Positions 1-10,615 of a DNA stretch of 64,000 nt are shown piece by piece. The position numbers were made by a program, and so were the translations under genes. The notes beneath the pieces are model-generated. The model saw nothing but the letters and a program-made list of their open reading frames with translations, was not told where the DNA came from and did no database searches. The stretch spans positions 539,338,001-539,402,000 of the forward strand of contig NC_091283.1 in the NCBI RefSeq assembly GCF_032444005.1, given 5' to 3'. How positions within the stretch are numbered: position 1 is the stretch's first letter; each line of letters begins with the position of its first letter. Source of the DNA: Ranitomeya imitator (taxonomy: Eukaryota).

Positions 1-453
1 TAGTTAATCCGAACCCTTCCGGTCCTCCGCTTCCGTCGGGATAGTGTAGATTCGTTCCGCTGTGCAGCAGGATCGATTTTCCCCTTGCTCTGATGTCAGA
101 GCGCTCAGCTTGGTGCCGCCCACAATGACACGCCCCCTGCTGCTCCCACCCACCGCGCTCTGTAATGGCGGATTCTGAAGTTTTTCAGTTAGACTGGGGC
201 TCAGGTGATGGCGTAGCTCAATTAACAGTCTCGTGCCTAACGGTTATGAAGTGATTACCTCAGGGGATGGCGGCCATCTTTACTCCATTATAACCAATGG
301 GGAAAAGTCAATTTCAATAGTTTTCAATGGGGAATGGATTTTTCTTTAATAAAGTCAATTTTCAAGATTTTTCATCCAAGTTTTCACAGTTTTGGGCTCC
401 AATCACGGCACACAATACCCGTTATACGGGCTGGCTAGATCCTGTTCGTGACG
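1..453. repeat. Probable 3' part of an LTR
   Basis: Ends in TTCGTGAC(G), close to the inverse of the TGTCACGA LTR start at 31760. No other diagnostic feature. Confidence 0.3.
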
Positions 454-483
454 CCAATTGTGACGCCCAAGAGACCGGGATAC

Positions 484-1237
484 TGTTGTGAATTCTGTGG
501 CTGAATTCACTCCTGTGGTCACAAGTGGTATTGCAGCCTCTGGGCTTCCTCCCTCAGGTGTTTTGGTGAGCTCGTTGGCTGCCTTGCTATTTAACTCCAC
601 CTGAGTCTGTCTTCCTTGCTCCTTGTCAATGTTCCAGTGTTGGATCTGAGCTACTGCATCTTTCCTGTGGCCTGCTGCTCTGCTAGATAAGTGTTACTTT
701 GTTTTTGTTTCTGTTTTTTCTGTCCAGCTGTGCTATTCTCTTTTGCTGGAAGCTCTGAGACGCAAAGGGTGCACCGCCGTGCCGTTAGTTCGGCACGGTG
801 GGTCTTTTTGCCCCCCTTTGCGTGGTTTTGCTTTAGGGTTTTTTGTAGACTGCATAGTTCTCTTTGCTATCCTCGCTCTGTCTAGAATATCGGGCCTCAC
901 TTTGCTGAATCTATTTCATTCCTACGTTTTGTCTTTTCATCTTGCTAACAGTCATTATATGTGGGGGGCTGCCTATTCCTTTGGGGTATTTCTCTGAGGC
1001 AAGTCAGGCTTGTATTTCTATCTTCAGGCTAGTCAGCTCCTCAGGCAGTGCCGAGTTGCATAGGTAGTGTTAGGCGCAATCCACTGCTGCTTTTAGTTGT
1101 GTGAGGATAGGTTCAGGTATTGCAGTCTGCAGAGATTCCACGTCTCAGAGCTTGTTCTATTGTTTTTGGGTTATTGCCATATCACTGTATGTGCGCTGAT
1201 TACTGCACACTGTGTTGCCTGATAGCACAGCATAACA
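484..1237 (+). repeat. 5' LTR (754 bp)
   Basis: TG...CA ends; I count two substitutions relative to the shared part of the 3' LTR. Confidence 0.95.
588..626 (+). promoter_or_regulatory. LTR TATA-like box and predicted transcript 5' end (self-primer)
   Basis: TATTTAA at 588-594. GCTCCTTGT at 618-626 begins 30 nt later and is complementary to 1240-1248. Confidence 0.7.
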
Positions 1238-1239
1238 GT

Positions 1240-1248
1240 ACAAGGAGC
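1240..1248 (+). other. Self-priming type primer-binding site
   Basis: ACAAGGAGC, 2 nt after the LTR end; reverse complement of 618-626; lacks the TGG start of a tRNA PBS. Confidence 0.8.
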
Positions 1249-1381
1249 CATACCAATGATTCTCAATAGAGGGAAAAAAGAAGTCCTGACATCATTTTTT
1301 TTTTTTTTTTCCCTCAGCTCTGTCTTCAGTTTTTTTTTTTTTCCCCTAGACATTAGAGTGCTTCAGGACACAGCTGTGGAC

Positions 1382-2078
1382 ATGGATATTCAGGCTCTGT
1401 GCTCCTCAATGGATAATCTCGTTATAAATGTACAAAAGATTCAAGATACTATTGATCAGAAATCCTATTCCTGATTTGTTTTTTGGTGACAGAACTAAGT
1501 TCCTGAGCTTCAAAAATAATTGTAAGCTATTTCTGGCCTTGAAACCTCATTCTTCTGGTAATCCTATTCAACAGGTTTTGATTATTATTTCTTTTTTGCG
1601 CGGCGACCCACAGGACTGGGCGTTTTCTCTTGCGCCAGGAGACCCTGCATTGAGTAATGTTGATGCGTTTTTCCAGGCGCTTGGATTGCTTTACGATGAG
1701 CCTAATTCAGTGGATCAGGCTGAGAAAAATTTGCTGGCTTTATGCCAGGGTCAGGATGATGTAGAAGTATATTGTCAGAAATTTAGGAAGTGGTCAGTAC
1801 TCACTCTGTGGAATGAATCTGCACTGGCGGCTTGGTTCAGAAAGGGTCTCTCTGAAGCTCTTAAGGATGTCATGGTGGGATTTCCTATGCCTGCTGGTTT
1901 GAATGAGTCTATGTCCTTGGCCATTCAGATCGGTCGTCGCTTGCACGAGCGTAAATCTGTGCACCATCTGGCGGTATTGTCTGAGAGTAAACCTGAGCCT
2001 ATGCAGTGCGACAGGACTATGACTAAAGTTGAACGGCAAGAACACAGACGTCTGAACAGTGTGTTTCTACTGTGGTGA
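1382..2078 (+). pseudogene. gag: Retrotransposon Gag, frameshifted
   Basis: MDIQALCSS start, then ...ISFLRGDPQDWAF...LCQGQDDVEVYCQKFR. Small deletion near 1462 relative to sister copies; frameshift before the CFYCGDSTHAISNC zinc knuckle. Confidence 0.9.
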
Positions 2079-5000
2079 TTCCACTCATGCTATTTCTAAT
2101 TGTCCTAAGCGCACTAGGCGGTTCGATAGCTCTGCCGTCATTGGTACTGTACAGTCCAAATTCCTTCTGTCCATTACCTTGATATGCTCTTTGTCATCGT
2201 ATTCTGTCATGGCGTTTGTGGATTCAGGCGCTGCCCTGAATCTGATGGATTTGGATTATGCTAAACGTTGTGGGTTTTTCTTGGAGCCTTTGCGGTGTCC
2301 TATTCCGTTGAGAGGAATTGATGCTACACCTTTGGCCAAGAATAAGCCTCAGTACTGGGCCCAGCTGACCATGTGCATGGCTCCTGCACATCAGGAAGTT
2401 ATTCGCTTTCTGGTACTGCATAATCTGCATGATGTGGTCGTGTTGGGGTTGCCATGGCTACAAACCCATAATCCAGTATTAGATTGGAACTCTATGTCGG
2501 TAACCAGCTGGGGTTGTCAGGGGGTACATGGTGATGTTCCATTTTTGTCTATTTCGTCATCCATTCCTTCTGACATCCCAGAGTTCTTGTCTGACTTTCA
2601 GGATGTATTTGAGGAGCCCAAGTCTGATGCCCTACCTCCGCATAGGAATTGTGATTGTGCTATCAATTTGATTCCTGGTAGTAAATTCCCTAAGGGTCGT
2701 TTATTTAATTTGTCCGTGCCTGAACACACCGCTATGTGCAGTTATGTGAAAGAATCCCTGGAGAAGGGACATATTCGCCCATCGTCATCACCATTGGGAG
2801 CAGGGTACTTTTTTGTAGCCAAAAAGGATGGTTCGCTAAGACCGTGTATTGATTACCGCCTTCTTAATAAGATCACTGTTAAGTTTCAGTATCCCTTGCC
2901 ATTGATATCTGACTTGTTTGCTCGGATTAAGGGGGCTAGTTGGTTTACTAAGATTGATCTTCGTGGTGCGTATAATCTGGTGAGAATCAGGCAGGGAGAT
3001 GAATGGAAAACGGCATTTAATACGCCCGAGGGTCATTTTGAGTATCTGGTGATGCCGTTCGGACTTGCCAATGCTCCATCTGTTTTTCAGTCTTTTATGC
3101 ATGACATTTTCCGTGAGTATCTGGATAAATTCCTGATTGTTTACTTGGATGACATTTTGATCTTCTCTGATGATTGGGAGTCTCATGTGAAGCAAGTCAG
3201 AATGGTTTTCCAGGTACTGCGTGCTAATTCCTTGTTCGTGAAGGGATCAAAGTGCCTCTTCGGTGTGCAGAAAGTTTCATTTTTGGGGTTCATCTTTTCC
3301 CCTTCTACTATCGAGATGGATCCGGTTAAGGTCCAGGCCATCCAGGATTGGACTCAGCCGACATCTCTGAAAAGTCTGCAGAAATTCCTGGGCTTTGCTA
3401 ATTTTTATCGTCGCTTCATCTGTAATTTTTCTAGCATTGCCAGACCATTGACCGATTTGACCAAGAAGGGTGCTGATTTGGTTAATTGGTCTTCTGCTGC
3501 CGTGGAAGCTTTTCAGGAGTTGAAGCGTCGTTTTTGCTGTGCCCCTGTGTTGTGTCAACCAGATGTTTCTCTTCCGTTCCAGGTCGAGGTTGATGCTTCT
3601 GAGATTGGAGCAGGGGCGGTTTTGTCACAGATAGGTTCTGGTTGCTCAGTGTTGAAACCATGTGCTTTCTTTTCCAGGAAATTTTCTGCTGCTGAGCGTA
3701 ATTATGATGTGGGCAACCGAGAGTTGCTGGCCATGAAGTGGGCATTCGAGGAGTGGCGTCATTGGCTTGAGGGAGCTAAGCATCGCGTGGTGGTATTGAC
3801 TGATCATAAGAATCTTACTTATCTCGAGTCTGCCAAGCGCTTGAATCCTAGACAGGCCCGTTGGTCGTTATTTTTTGCTCGTTTTGATTTTGTGATTTCG
3901 TACCTTCCGGGCTCTAAAAATGTGAAGGCGGATGCTCTGTCTAGGAGTTTTGTGGCCGACTCTCCGGGGTTATCTGAGCCGGCGAGTATCCTCAAGGAAG
4001 GAGTCATTGTGTCTGCCATCTCTCCTGATTTGCGGAGAGTGTTGCAGAAATTTCAGGCTAATAAACCTGATCGTTGTCCGGCCGAGAAACTGTTCGTCCC
4101 TGATAGGTGGACTAGTAAAGTTATCTCTGAACTTCATTGTTCGGTGCTGGCTGGTCATCCAGGAATCTTTGGTACCAGAGAGTTAGTGGCTAGATCCTTC
4201 TGGTGGCCATCTCTGTCACGGGATGTGCGTGCTTTTGTGCAGTCCTGTGGGATTTGTGCTAGGGCTAAGCCCTGCTGTTCACGTGCCAGTGGGTTGCTTT
4301 TGCCCTTGCCGGTCCCGAAGAGGCCTTGGACACATATTTCGATGGATTTCATTTCTGACCTTCCCGTTTCTCAAAAGATGTCGGTCATTTGGGTGGTCTG
4401 TGATCGCTTTTCTAAAATGGTCCATCTGGTGCCCTTGGTTAAATTGCCTTCCTCCTCTGATTTGGTGCCTTTGTTCTTCCAGCATGTGGTTCGTTTGCAT
4501 GGCATTCCTGAGAATATTGTTTCTGACAGAGGTTCCCAGTTTGTCTCGAGGTTCTGGCGAGCCTTTTGTGGTAGGATGGGCATTGACCTATCTTTTTCCT
4601 CGGCCTTCCATCCTCAGACTAATGGCCAGACCGAACGAACCAATCAGACCTTGGAAACATATCTGAGATGTTTTGTTTCTGCTGACCAGGATGATTGGGT
4701 GTCATTTTTGCCGTTGGCTGAGTTCGCCCTTAATAATCGGGCCAGCTCGGCTACCTTGGTCTCTCCATTTTTCTGCAATTCTGGGTTCCATCCTCGTTTC
4801 TCTTCAGGACAGGTTGAGTCTTCGGACTGTCCTGGTGTGGATTCTGTGGTGGACAGGTTGCAGCAGATCTGGACTCAGGTAGTGGACAATTTGACCTTGT
4901 CCCAGGAGAAGGCTCAGCTTTTCGCTAATCGTAAACGCCGTGTGGGTCCCCGACTTCGTGTTGGGGATCTGGTTTGGTTATCTTCTCGTCATATTCCTAT

Positions 5001-5541
5001 GAAGGTTTCCTCTCCTAAATTTAAACCTCGTTTTATTGGTCCATATAGGATTTCTGAGATTCTCAATCCGGTGTCTTTTCGTCTGACCCTCCCAGACTCC
5101 TTTTCCATACATAATGTATTCCATAGGTCGTTGTTGAGAAGATACGTGGCACCTATGGTTCCATCTGTGGAGCCTCCTGCCCCTGTTTTGGTGGAGGGGG
5201 AATTGGAGTATATTGTGGAGAAAATTTTGGATTCTCGTGTCTCTAGACGGAAACTCCAGTATCTGGTCAAATGGAAGGGTTATGCTCAGGAGGATAATTC
5301 CTGGGTTTTTGCCTCTGATGTCCATGCTCCAGATCTTGTTCGTGCTTTTCATGTGGCTCATCCTGGTCGGCCTGGGGGTTCTGGTGAGGGTTCGGTGACC
5401 CCTCCTCAAGGGGGGGGTACTGTTGTGAATTCTGTGGCTGAATTCACTCCTGTGGTCACAAGTGGTATTGCAGCCTCTGGGCTTCCTCCCTCAGGTGTTT
5501 TGGTGAGCTCGTTGGCTGCCTTGCTATTTAACTCCACCTGA
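2059..5541 (+). CDS. pol: Pol polyprotein: zinc knuckle, aspartic protease, RT, RNase H, integrase, chromodomain
   Basis: 1160-aa open frame with AFVDSGA, YLDD, HHCC (H..GHPG...CGIC), SMDFI/SDRGSQF/GQTER, GPY and EYIVEKILDSR...YLVKWKGY...SW. Confidence 0.95.
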   Translation: MCFYCGDSTHAISNCPKRTRRFDSSAVIGTVQSKFLLSITLICSLSSYSVMAFVDSGAALNLMDLDYAKRCGFFLEPLRCPIPLRGIDATPLAKNKPQYWAQLTMCMAPAHQEVIRFLVLHNLHDVVVLGLPWLQTHNPVLDWNSMSVTSWGCQGVHGDVPFLSISSSIPSDIPEFLSDFQDVFEEPKSDALPPHRNCDCAINLIPGSKFPKGRLFNLSVPEHTAMCSYVKESLEKGHIRPSSSPLGAGYFFVAKKDGSLRPCIDYRLLNKITVKFQYPLPLISDLFARIKGASWFTKIDLRGAYNLVRIRQGDEWKTAFNTPEGHFEYLVMPFGLANAPSVFQSFMHDIFREYLDKFLIVYLDDILIFSDDWESHVKQVRMVFQVLRANSLFVKGSKCLFGVQKVSFLGFIFSPSTIEMDPVKVQAIQDWTQPTSLKSLQKFLGFANFYRRFICNFSSIARPLTDLTKKGADLVNWSSAAVEAFQELKRRFCCAPVLCQPDVSLPFQVEVDASEIGAGAVLSQIGSGCSVLKPCAFFSRKFSAAERNYDVGNRELLAMKWAFEEWRHWLEGAKHRVVVLTDHKNLTYLESAKRLNPRQARWSLFFARFDFVISYLPGSKNVKADALSRSFVADSPGLSEPASILKEGVIVSAISPDLRRVLQKFQANKPDRCPAEKLFVPDRWTSKVISELHCSVLAGHPGIFGTRELVARSFWWPSLSRDVRAFVQSCGICARAKPCCSRASGLLLPLPVPKRPWTHISMDFISDLPVSQKMSVIWVVCDRFSKMVHLVPLVKLPSSSDLVPLFFQHVVRLHGIPENIVSDRGSQFVSRFWRAFCGRMGIDLSFSSAFHPQTNGQTERTNQTLETYLRCFVSADQDDWVSFLPLAEFALNNRASSATLVSPFFCNSGFHPRFSSGQVESSDCPGVDSVVDRLQQIWTQVVDNLTLSQEKAQLFANRKRRVGPRLRVGDLVWLSSRHIPMKVSSPKFKPRFIGPYRISEILNPVSFRLTLPDSFSIHNVFHRSLLRRYVAPMVPSVEPPAPVLVEGELEYIVEKILDSRVSRRKLQYLVKWKGYAQEDNSWVFASDVHAPDLVRAFHVAHPGRPGGSGEGSVTPPQGGGTVVNSVAEFTPVVTSGIAASGLPPSGVLVSSLAALLFNST

Positions 5542-5709
5542 GTCTGTCTTTCTTGCTCCTTGTCAATGTTCCAGTGTTGGATCTGAGCTACTGCATCTTT
5601 CCTGTGGCCTGCTGCTCTGCTAGATAAGTGTTACTTTGTTTTTGTTTCCGTTTTTTCTGTCCAGCTGTGCTATTCTCTTTTGCTGGAAGCCTGATAGCAC
5701 AGCATAACA
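5421..5709 (+). repeat. 3' LTR with 465-bp internal deletion
   Basis: Matches the 5' LTR up to GCTGGAAGC, then jumps to CTGATAGCACAGCATAACA. Confidence 0.93.
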
Positions 5710-6579
5710 GGATACCCAGCACCGGACCAATGGGGTCTGTCTCTTGAGGGGGATGTCACGGGTGGCTTGACCCGGTGCTGTGGCCTCAGGCAATGCACAG
5801 TGTAAGGGTTATCGTGAGGGGACAGGCACTTACTTGATCAGCAGCAGGTTCTCCCAGCGGTGACGATCCCGATCCTGGATAGATGGCTATTGTCCAAATG
5901 AAAGACTGAGGCACTGAAACGTTTAACCAGTTTACTTTAACATAAAAGGATTTACAACCAGTCCTGTCACCGGAGTCTGTATGGGAACTCTGAGTTACTT
6001 TGACCCTGCCGGGATCTTCGCCTCTTATTGTGCGCAATTTCTGTGTGGCCCTGCTGCTGTATGTGAACTGGCTGCCGGCCCAATCTGTCCCCTCCGGGTC
6101 TTGGTTCGACGGGCAACCCGAGTCCTTTTATCGGCTTACCCCCTCCGGGAGTACCGCTGAACTCTGTGTCTGTTGCTGCATCCGGCCCTAGTGAAGCTGA
6201 TATCACCTCACGTTTTTCCGGTTGCTGTATTACATATAATGAATACAGCCACGGATCCGGTATCCGTCTTTGCGCCTGTTCTGGGTAGTGATTAATGCTA
6301 CCCGTTTCTCACAATGTCCCTTTTCTCTGTCCCTCTTCTCCTCAGGCCGGTGATTTGGGCCTGGAAACCGTCATAGGGCTGTTAGAAATTCAGCTGTATG
6401 ACCTCTCACTATCAGCTCCTTAGCCCAACTGCCAGTTTTTCTCTCAGACCAGAATGGATCAAGGGGAGTCTCTGGAGCTCCCCCTTCTGGCCGGAGGTGG
6501 TAGTGCAGTCTTACTATTTTAGTATTTGCATTTACTGTCAGTAACTATTTTTGTGGCAAATACCCCTAGGGGTGCCACA

Positions 6580-8594
6580 CAAGCGTAGCACCACAGCAGG
6601 CAGGAAGAAGCAGTGTGGTGGCCACAGACAGAAGGCGGGCCACTGTCACCCGTAACACCAACACGATGGAAGTTGCCAGTACAATTGTTAGGTCTTCTTG
6701 AGTCTGGTTGTTTTTTAAAGACTCTGCCAATAACCCCAATAAGGCCATTTGCACCACCTGAAAGGCCAGCATCAGCAGGGGTAGCAAAAATACCAGCCTG
6801 ACCACCACCAGCATGATCAGGCACATGGCAGCAAAGCACCCGATTTTGTGGGCTGAACCCCAGGGTCCAGGAACAGTGTCTGCAGGTAAAACCACTGCTT
6901 CTTCCACTGTTGTGCGTGCAAGCCAATCTCTGTTCATGGTGCATGCGAAGATGCCTCCATCCCTGCATCTGTCGTTACACACTCTCAACCTGCACCATCA
7001 GCAAGCACGTCCTTGTCCCAGCACAGCGTTCAGTTGTCCATACCCAAGTCCTGCCTCAAGCGGGAACAGGCTGTGCTGAAGCTAATATGCTTAGGTGACA
7101 AACCGCACAATGCTGAAGAGTTGTGGACAGCTCTGAAAGAGCAGGCAGATTTGTGGATGACACCGCTGAACTTACCGCCAGGCATGGTCGTGTGTGACAA
7201 TGGCCGGAACCTGGTGGCGGCTCTGAGGCGAGGCGAGCTCACACACATGCCATGCCTGGCCCATGTGCTTAATCTTGTGGTTCAGTGGTTTCTCAAAACC
7301 TACCCTGAGCTGCTGGATCTGCTTGTCAAAGTATGCCGCCTGTGTACCCATTTTAGAAAGTCAGCTACAGCTTCCGCCGCCGCACGTGTCAGAACTCTAC
7401 ATTGCAGATATTGGAAAGGATTTGTGAGCAGAAGACGGCAGTTGTTGACTACCAGCATCAACAAGGCCGTTGGTATTCAGTTCAGACTCCGAACATAAGA
7501 GGAGTGGACATGAATGTGAGACATATGTACCATCCTTCAAAACTTTGAGGACTCCACCAAGATGGTGATCAGCGATGATGCCATAATTAACATCACCATC
7601 CCGCTTCTCTGTGTTATTAAATGCTCTCTGCTCACTATCAAAGAGGATGCATTGCAGGTGGAGCACGATGAGATGGAGCAAGGAATATACAGGGTGTTTA
7701 CACACAGCCCATCCTCATCTCATCCCAACGTGGATTGGGTGACAATGAGGAAGAGGAGGAGGAGTAAGAACAGGAGCTACTTTCATGCACTATAGATGGT
7801 ACTACCTGCACAACTGTCATACTGATTGTTCAGCGTGGATGGCCTGAGGACAGGGAGGAGGCGGAGAGCATGGTCAGTCGTCCTCTTGGTGAGGACATGG
7901 CTTGCCTGTTAGCAGTCTGGCAAGCATAGCTAAGTTTATGTTACGCTGCCTTTCCCGTGACCCTCACATTCTCAAAATTTATGTGACAGTCATTACTGGT
8001 TGGTGACACTTCTAGACCCACGCTACATGGAGAACTTTCTATCTCTTATTCCCAAGGCAGACAGGTCTACTAAAATGGGGCAGTATCAGAAGGCCCTTGT
8101 TGGGGAATTATTAAAAAAATTCCTATCTGAAAACGCTGGCGGCAGAGGTCACAGTTCGTTGGACAACCAAGAAGTGCAGGTGAAAAAGACACAACTCCAA
8201 TCCAGCAGAGGCAGGGAAACACTGTCAAAGTTCTGGGAGAGTTTTCACAGACCTTCCCATCGCACAGACCGTGAGGCCTGGGGTACTCTCACAAGGACTG
8301 CAACGTTTGGGAAGATGCTGAGGGAGTACCTTGCTGACCGTACCAACGTCCTCTGTGATTCCCCTGTGCCTTATAATTATTGGGTATCCAAGCTGGACAT
8401 GTGGCATGAACTGGCTCTTTTCACCTTGGAGGTCCTGGCTTGCCCTGCCGCTGGCGTTTTGTCAGAACGTTTTAAGTGCCGCTGGTGGAATTATAACTGA
8501 TAAGCGCATCCGCCTGTCAACTGAAAATGCTGACAGTCTGACTCTTATAAAAATAAACAAGGGCTGGATTGGGCTTCTTAACACCACTGAATGA
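6580..8594 (+). pseudogene. hAT (ZBED-like) transposase remnant
   Basis: VVCDNGRNLVAAL...HMPCLAHVLNLVVQ (7013-7498); C-terminal dimerisation domain YWVSKLDMWHELA...LACPAAGVLSER / SAAGGIITDKRIRLS. Multiple stops and frameshifts. Confidence 0.92.
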
Positions 8595-9454
8595 TAGCAG
8601 CACAACATAAACTCAAATCCAGTGTCTTTTTTGGGGAGGTCTATTCCCATGCACCTCTTCACACTAACACATGGGTATATGCTCCCTGTTTTTGGCTATT
8701 TGCTGTTGTCCTCCTCCTTCTAATCACCCTCATCCTCCACCACCATATCACCAGGTTGACCGTGGTCCGTGATGCAACACCTACATAATTTTTTAAAGGG
8801 TGTTTATGATGCCCGTAAAAAAATGGTTATACAGTATGTTCATGTATACCCCCCAGGGGTAAATATTTGTCAGCCCATACACTTAGTGCATGGGCATTAC
8901 AAGTATAGGAGACCCACTCCTTTTTAATTTGAACTTTTTTTATGAGGACCTTCTCCACGTCTGTTCCAAGGGGCATTGGAGTGCCTCTAAATTTTTGGCA
9001 GCCCTTGCATTCACTGCATAGGCAAACACTATGGGAGACCCACTTCCTAATAAAGAGAACATTTTTTTCAGGAGACCCTCCTGTACATCTCTTCAAAGGG
9101 GCATTGGAGTGCCTCCAAATTTTTGGCAGCCCTTGCATTCACTGCATAGGCAAACAGTATGAGAGACACACTTCCTAATAATGGGAATATTGTTTTCAGG
9201 AGGTCCTCCTGTACATCTCCTCAAAGGGGTATTGGGGTGTGTCCAAAGAAACAGGATGTGTCTGATGATGTGTCACACACCACATGGCCAGATAAGGTTG
9301 TAAATGTTAAAATGACATTTCCCAGTGAATGAATTTGTCTTGGTTGAAAGCAATGCTTAAGTTCAAAAATGCATCAAAAACGCTATATGTGCATGTAGGG
9401 AATGTGACATTATGTCTTTATTACCGGTATGTCTTGCATATTATGTGATATTGC

Positions 9455-10120
9455 CAGGGCCGGCATTAGGGGCAGGCAGACTAGGCAGCTGCCTAGGGCC
9501 CCCGCTGCCCTAGGGGCCCCCAGCCAGGGGCGACCATACCGCTGGTGCCACTGCTCTGGGGCTGAGAGGTGGAGTGTGGTCTCTGCAGGCAGGCCCTGTA
9601 TCATGTAGCATCGGGCCCATCTCACTCCCTCCTGTAATCATGCTAACACCCAGTGCCAGGGAGAGAGCGGCGCATGGAGTGCAGGAGTTCAAAAGGGGGG
9701 CGTGTCATGCAGGGAGAGACGCTGGCCAATGAACGCTTTCCTCACCAGACTGAGGAGAGCGCTCATTGGCTGCTGTCTCTCTGTTCTCCTGCATGGCGCG
9801 TCCCAATGGAGACGGGTGAGTACTCACCTACAGTCAGGGGCCCCGCCGCACAGCTCACAGGGAGTCAGGGACAGCAGTGGAGGAAGAGCAAGACTTAAGT
9901 GGTATATCTGCTCCCTCCACTGTTCTGTCCCCAGCAGGCTGCGGCATCTCCTCACTGTGAAGAGATGGGGGAGGAGGCTCACTGCACGGGACAGCACAGC
10001 AGCACCAGGGGGCTGATATCAGTCTGCTCTGTGACCCATCCCCCACAGTGAGTTCTGCAGCCCTCTCCAACTGAACTGACCTCCTCCAGGGCTCATCTGA
10101 TCACCTGATATACAAGATTA
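9455..10120. mobile_element. Left end of a CAGGGCCGGC-type non-autonomous hAT element
   Basis: Same terminal CAGGGCCGGC as the 8-bp-TSD element at 48310. Right end and TSD not found. Confidence 0.5.
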
Positions 10121-10615
10121 GTATGTGTGTATGTATATGCTTGTAGATGTATGTATGTGCATCTGTGTATGTACAGTGTGTGTATCTATGTGTATGCATG
10201 TACAGTATGTGTGTGTCTGTGTGTATGTGCGCTATATTTGTATGTATATATGGTATATATATGTATGTTTATGTGCAGGTATGTACAGTATATGTGTATG
10301 TATATGTGTGTACGGTATGTGTATACTATATGTGTATATAACGGTGTATGTACAGTATATGCGTATGTATATACGGTATATGTGTGTGTATGTACGGTAT
10401 GTGTGTGTATATGCATGTATGGTACGAGTATGTGTATCTGTAGGTTTGTACGGTATATGTGTGTATGCATGTACGGTACATGTATGTGTATCTGTGTATG
10501 TACGGTATGTGTGTATGTACAGTATATGTATGTATGACAGTATATGTATGTGTATCTGTGTGTATGTATAGTATATGTGTTTGTATATATGGTATATGTA
10601 TGTACGGTATGTCTA
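10120..10615. repeat. Degenerate (TG/TA)n low-complexity tract
   Basis: Alternating TGTATGTACGGTATATG-like motifs. Confidence 0.95.

Larger units (their letters stand above)
484..5709 (+). mobile_element. Near full-length chromoviral Ty3/Gypsy (Tf1/sushi-type) LTR retrotransposon
   Basis: LTRs 484-1237 and 5421-5709 (TGTTGTG...CATAACA); gag and PR-RT-RH-IN-chromodomain; polypurine tract AAGGGGGGGG before the 3' LTR; GGATAC duplicated at 478-483 and 5710-5715. Confidence 0.97.
459..6579. mobile_element. Solo-LTR-like element interrupted by the 484-5709 retrotransposon
   Basis: Termini TGTGACGCCC (459) and GGGGTGCCACA (6579) are imperfect inverted ends with TG...CA. Sequence is continuous across the GGATAC duplication. 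Flanks CAAT/CAAG match only partly. Confidence 0.55.

Noticed and set aside
1238-1256. tRNA primer-binding site
   Set aside because: No TGG start; the sequence differs between elements and instead matches each element's own LTR.
1794-5409. Antisense ORFs overlapping pol, here and in the other Gypsy copies
   Set aside because: Short shadow frames of the coding strand with no independent motifs.
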